Below, in pieces: positions 22,968 to 27,960 of a stretch of DNA of 27,960 nt (positions are counted from its first letter, which is position 1; the number at the start of each line of letters is the position of its first letter). The notes under the pieces were generated by a model that was given only the letters and a program-made list of their open reading frames with translations, was not told the DNA's origin and searched no databases. A program made the position numbers and the translations under genes. The stretch is from Octopus sinensis (Eukaryota), in NCBI RefSeq assembly GCF_006345805.1, contig NW_021823876.1, positions 1 to 27,960 of the forward strand. The letters are read 5' to 3'.

Positions 22968-23400
22968 AACAAGTCGATAAATGCAGGAGCCAGAGCCATG
23001 CCTAGAATGTTGACAGACGGCTTAAATGGGGAGTAGCAACACAGAAGTTTTTCTCTTGGTTTGGTGAAATAAGATTTTTTTAAGTAGGGTATTTCTTTGG
23101 TGGAAGACGGGATTATTGATTGTTTCTGATTTATTTATTTACTTATTTATTTGTTAGTTTGCTTATTTACTTTCTTTAAAACTAGGCATGATGAAAATGA
23201 TCGAAGAGCAGTGAAGACGTTGGATCCACTCTCGACAATCAATTGGTATGAAAGATGGAATGTTTGATTTTAAAAAAGAAGAATTGGTATTAACTGAAGA
23301 AGAGTAAATTAAGAGAAGGGAATTCAGAGAGAAAGGGGAAATGGTATGAACCATTAAACTTTTTCATGTGACGCCGTGTACATGAAAACACAGCTGTAGA

Positions 23401-23719
23401 TAATAATATAATAATATAATAATAATAATAATAATATAGTAAGATAATAATATAATAATAATAATAATAATAGTAATAATAATGAATAATAATAATGATG
23501 ATAATAATAATAATAATACTAATGATAATAATAATAATCTAATAATAATAATAGTATAAATATAGGATAATAATAATAATAATAATAATGATATAATAAT
23601 GATTATAATAATAATAATAATAATAGTAATATATAATAATTAATATATATAATAATAATATGATAATAATAATGATAATAATAATAATAATAATATTAAT
23701 GATAATGATAATAATGATG

Positions 23720-23755
<36 letters not shown>

Positions 23756-23799
23756 TATGATAATAATGATGATATACTATAATAATAATAATAATGTTG

Positions 23800-23834
<35 letters not shown>

Positions 23835-24095
23835 CATAATAATGATAATAATGAGATAATAATAATAATAATAATAATAATAATGTTGATAATAATAATA
23901 ATAATACATAATAATAATAATCATAATAATAATAATCATAATAATAATAATAATATAATATAATAATAATGGTGATAATAATATTGATATAATAATAATA
24001 TTAATAATAAAATAATACAAAATATTAATAATAAGAATATTATATAATAATAATGATAATAATAATAATAACAACAACAACAACAACAAAACAAC

Positions 24096-24147
<52 letters not shown>

Positions 24148-24156
24148 TAATAATAA
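23401..24156. repeat. Long degenerate (TAA)n array (~750 bp)
   Basis: Directly visible, with many phase slips. Confidence 0.95.
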
Positions 24157-25020
24157 TGAAAGTTGTTTAACGAAAGAAAATTTTAGACAAGAAATGAACC
24201 AAAAAGAAAAGAAAAAGCATGGAAAGAAAAAAGTGTTCGATCCGTTTGCAAAAGATGCCAACGCCAAGACAAATATAGAAGATCGGTAGCTATTGATGAG
24301 GAGATAGAAACCGAAGCACTCATATGCGCAGCTCATGAACAAGCGTTAAGGACCAACTATATGAAGTGCAGAACAGACAAGATTACTGATAGCGACAAAT
24401 GCAGAATGTATGGTGAGACGCCCGGGATGGAAACAACGCGAATACAAAAGACGCCATGGCAATATGGCAAAAATTATGCTTTGGGAGTTCTGTGGAAATC
24501 ACGGTCTACCAAGAGCAAAGACGTTGTATGAGAACACTCCAGAAGGAGTCACCGAGAATGAGAATTGCAAAATTGTGGGAGGCAATGATTTAGTGCGATC
24601 ACCCGACCAGACATCGAGAAACTGGACAATGCTGTGGTGAATAAAAAAGAAAGAACATGTATGATAATCGACATTGCCTGCCCCTGGTGACAACAGGATC
24701 AATGTGAAAGAAGAAGAAAAAATAAACAACTACGACGATTTAAAGTGGGAAATACGAAAGTTGTGGTGAATGAAGAGAGAAGACGCGATACGAATAGTAA
24801 TTGGTGCACTTGGAAGTATCAGAACTCAACTACCAACGTGGCTCAAAAAGATTGGTACAAGTGTGAAGGTGGAACACCTACAAAAATCAGCATTGCTTGG
24901 AACTGCAAGGAATTCTTTTTGAAGCATGACCAGTAAACGAGTGCCACGCTAGTCTGCCGGTTATGGACAGCTGACACTTTCCATCATACCCAGCAAAATA
25001 AGCTGAGTGTTTTCAAGAAA
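24157..25020 (+). mobile_element. R4/Dong-type retrotransposon 3' fragment E
   Basis: ETEALICAAHEQALRTNYMKCRTDKITDSDKCRMYGE..QREYKRRHGNMAKIMLWEFCG..IIDIACP..EEEKINNYDDLKWEIRKLW..IVIGALGSI..EHLQKSALLGTAR; (TAA)n on both sides. Confidence 0.9.
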
Positions 25021-25057
25021 TAATAATAATAATAACAATAATAATAATAACAACAAC

Positions 25058-25156
<99 letters not shown>

Positions 25157-25187
25157 AAGAAGAAGAAGAAGAAGAAGAAGAAGAAGA
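25021..25187. repeat. (TAA)n-(GAA)n compound microsatellite
   Basis: Directly visible. Confidence 0.95.
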
Positions 25188-26008
25188 ACCGCTACAACAA
25201 TGGAAATCGACTAGTGATTCAGTGAGTTACTCAAAGCTGTAACATCATCTTCCTGTGCTTAGAACGTTTTTCCCACCCGCTTTTTATCACACCCACCATC
25301 TTAAAATATGTAAAGGTGAGGTATATTATTGAGATACACTTAAGGAAAATGAATTGAAGAAAGAATACCTAACAGTTTGTGAAACCTCCTGCGTGGCACA
25401 GAACGTTATATTTTATTTCACTGATTCGCTGATCTTTACTGAAGCCCCACTTTTTTTTTTTATTTGAATCCTCTTGATTACCCTTGCAGATAAATCATGT
25501 CGAGAAATTAAGATGTGGGCACTTTTATTCAGGCTTAAAGAAATCAAAGAGCCAGTTTTCGGGCATAACAATCCGACTATAGTAAGATATCAGTGTCTCA
25601 ATCGAAAATAAGTTTAAGGAAATATCTTTCATAAGTGCCTAGAGTCGTTAATTGTTAACGATATCAATGAAGATATTGATTTTGTTATTAAACACGGGAC
25701 TCTAAGAATGTAAGATTATTTATCGATTTGTACAGAGGCCACTGAACATTTGCTACGGCATATGTGAAACAAGATTCTTTAACATATCAATACTGACACA
25801 ATAGAAATAATAACGACGATGTCTTAGGTATAACGTCATACATCCTGTAAAAAGGGGTTCGATTAATTTAATCAACTTATTCGGATAGTACCGGATCTTA
25901 TTTAACTAAAGATGAAGAGTAAATGTTAAATTCATAGTAGATTAAGTAAGTTAATATTATATTTACTGACTATGCATAACAACAACAACAACAACAACAA
26001 TAATAATT

Positions 26009-26345
26009 AGAAGGTACCAGATAATTTACTTTAAAGTCACAAATATGGAGGAAGTCAATATGAGAGGTATAGAGAAAATAGCAAAGTACCAGGACATTGG
26101 CCGTTGAGAGAGGCTACGAGTAAAATGTATCCCTGTAGTTATAGGTGCATTAGGAAATAACCCTAAAAATTTGAACAGGTGGATAGAAGAAATAGGCATA
26201 AAATAAAGTTTAGAACAGCTCCAGAAAACAGTGTTATTAGGGATAGCTAGGATACTCAGGAGAGTTCTTGGCAACTAATGTTATTTGTAGCCCGAAGCTA
26301 AGAAATTTTCGTTTCCAACAGTCTAATCTGTTGTACGTAAGTGAA
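26009..26345 (+). mobile_element. R4/Dong-type retrotransposon short 3' fragment F
   Basis: IEKIAKYQDIG..VKCIPVVIGALGNNPKNLNRWIEEIGIK*SLEQLQKTVLLGIARILRRVLGN*; short (CAA)(TAA) 5' flank and TAA 3' flank. Confidence 0.85.
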
Positions 26346-26499
26346 ATAATAATGAAGAAAGTGATGATGATTCTCTCTGTCATCTATGATCTATTTATTG
26401 GAAAACACTCGAAACATTGCTAAACAATTTAGTCGGGACGTAAAATCATTATAGAAATGTCTCAAAACAACTATAAAATGGAAAGAAATTAACAAATCA

Positions 26500-26780
26500 T
26501 AAAGTGACACTAAAATCAAAGAATTAGGTCGAAACCATGTATACAAATTTTTGAGAAGAGATGAAAGAGATAAAATGGAAAACAGAAATAAATGGAGAAA
26601 TTTAAAAAGAGTGCTATAGAAAACCAAAAGATAATATTAAAACGTGGATTAGAAATATGATAACAGGTATAAGTTCCTTAGACATCCCAGTTTCATGCTA
26701 CAACTTCAATATAACAAAATTTGGGAGTTCAGTGGACTGAAATGTTCAGACAGAAGTATCGGCTAACTCTAATAGAGTTC
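26500..26780 (+). mobile_element. R4/Dong-type RT C-terminal fragment G (old)
   Basis: IKELGRNHVYKFL..ECYRK..NMITGISSLDIPVSCYNFNI is collinear with the same region of fragment C. Confidence 0.65.
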
Positions 26781-27514
26781 TTTCCTCGCAACAAAGATTT
26801 CAGGCCCTGTGTCTATAGTAGAAAGAATTACTATTATTGTGAACTGAGATGGTCGCGGTTTTTGTCTGTCTCTCCTATTAAATGAATTTTTATTAGTTGA
26901 AACTGCAATGGAAAATTTTAATGCGGAACTCCTAAATAGAGAGGTATAAATTTAACTGTCTCCCTTAATTTCTCTACGTTCGACTAAAAATAAATTTAAT
27001 GTGTAAAAAAAAAAAAAAGTGATCGACCGTAAACACAAACATGTTTTTACAGGCATAAAACAGAGCGGGAAAAACAGTTTTAATTCCTCAGTTAAATTCA
27101 TTTACTTAACAATTAACAAAAGATTTTCCGACAGAAAATATAGCATAATTTAGAACAATTAAACGACTCGAATTATGATAATTATAAAAAGAAAGAAAGA
27201 AAAAACCAAAAAGAAAAATACAGCAATGACACGCAAATACACTTCAGCAAGAGAAGTAGTTGATATCTCGAAATGAAAAACGTTCCCAACCATCCAAACA
27301 GATTCTAGATATAAATTACTTAGCAAAAGAAATAATTATTTGGAAAAATTATGTAACAAATTAGGACACATCCATTTTCCGGTCTCATATTTTGATAAAT
27401 GAGAAGCAAGAAAAAATTTTTTGTAATTAATCTCTATATCTCGAAAGGCACAAGGATTTGATATGCCTTCAAACGGTCATCTACTGGCAGCCCTGTCCGA
27501 TAACTTCTTTTTTT

Positions 27515-27705
27515 ATTTTACTAGTTTCAGTCATTTGACTGCGGCCTTGCTGGAGAACTGCCGTGAAGTGTTTTAGTTGAATAAATCAACCTCAGGACTT
27601 CTTTTTCTAAGCCTAGTACTTATTTTATTGGTTTCTTCTGTCAAACCGTTTGAATACCGGTTTTCAAGCAATGATGAGGGGAAAACCACGAACGCAAACA
27701 CACAC
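27515..27705 (-). mobile_element. SINE family 2, degenerate 3' half
   Basis: tttcagtcatttgactgcggccttgctggag...caggactt...aagcctagtacttatttt matches 17145-17260. Confidence 0.75.
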
Positions 27706-27719
27706 GCGCAAGAGTTTAA

Positions 27720-27960
27720 ATGAGATTTTTGTTTTCTTCATATTTCTTATTACTTGTGTACTTCAAGTAATTTTGTGTTTGTTCCTAGATATTTTTCTAG
27801 TCCTACTCTTCTTACTTTGAAGTAATTCTCTATATGTATCAGATGATGTACTCCTTATATACAGGATAGGTATATTCTATCCTTACCAGCTTTCGAACTC
27901 AGTAGTTATCCGGTTCTTCTGTCTGAACATTTCAATTCACTGAACTCCCAGTTTTGTGTT
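27720..27960 (-). mobile_element. R4/Dong-type thumb-region fragment H (runs off the window)
   Basis: Minus strand NWEFSELKCSDRRTG*LL..KAGKDRIYLSCI*GVHHLIHIENYFKVRRVGLEKYL, corresponding to the HPKAxxDRLYxxRxEGGRGL region. Confidence 0.65.

Noticed and set aside
23361-23388. Hairpin ttttcatgt..acatgaaaa before the long TAA array (Helitron 3' end?)
   Set aside because: AT-rich stem, no CTRR terminus and no other Helitron features.

Overview
AT-rich, microsatellite-dense eukaryotic genomic DNA. The repeat content (tRNA-headed SINEs resembling octopus OK/OR-type families, (TAA)n-associated R4/Dong retrotransposons) suggests an octopus or other coleoid cephalopod; this is inference, not tested. 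The only host coding sequence I can support is a 155-bp minus-strand exon (6385-6539), absent from the ORF track, encoding most of an Otx/orthodenticle homeodomain with canonical splice sites. Its neighbouring exons are not recognisable here, so most of the window is probably Otx intron. That intron holds: at least eight decayed R4/Dong-type LINE fragments, most sitting in (TAA)n with strict strand polarity; an RTE 3' fragment; a rearranged mariner derivative with long inverted ends; many copies of two SINE families; a 3 x 600-bp tandem triplication; and an unclassified 555-bp TAA-flanked insert. The most notable signal is a ~410-bp (TA)n-flanked element with 90-bp inverted repeats that enclose a complete type I hammerhead ribozyme core on the Otx sense strand (Penelope-like architecture). 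Nearly all listed ORFs are microsatellite read-throughs or TE debris.
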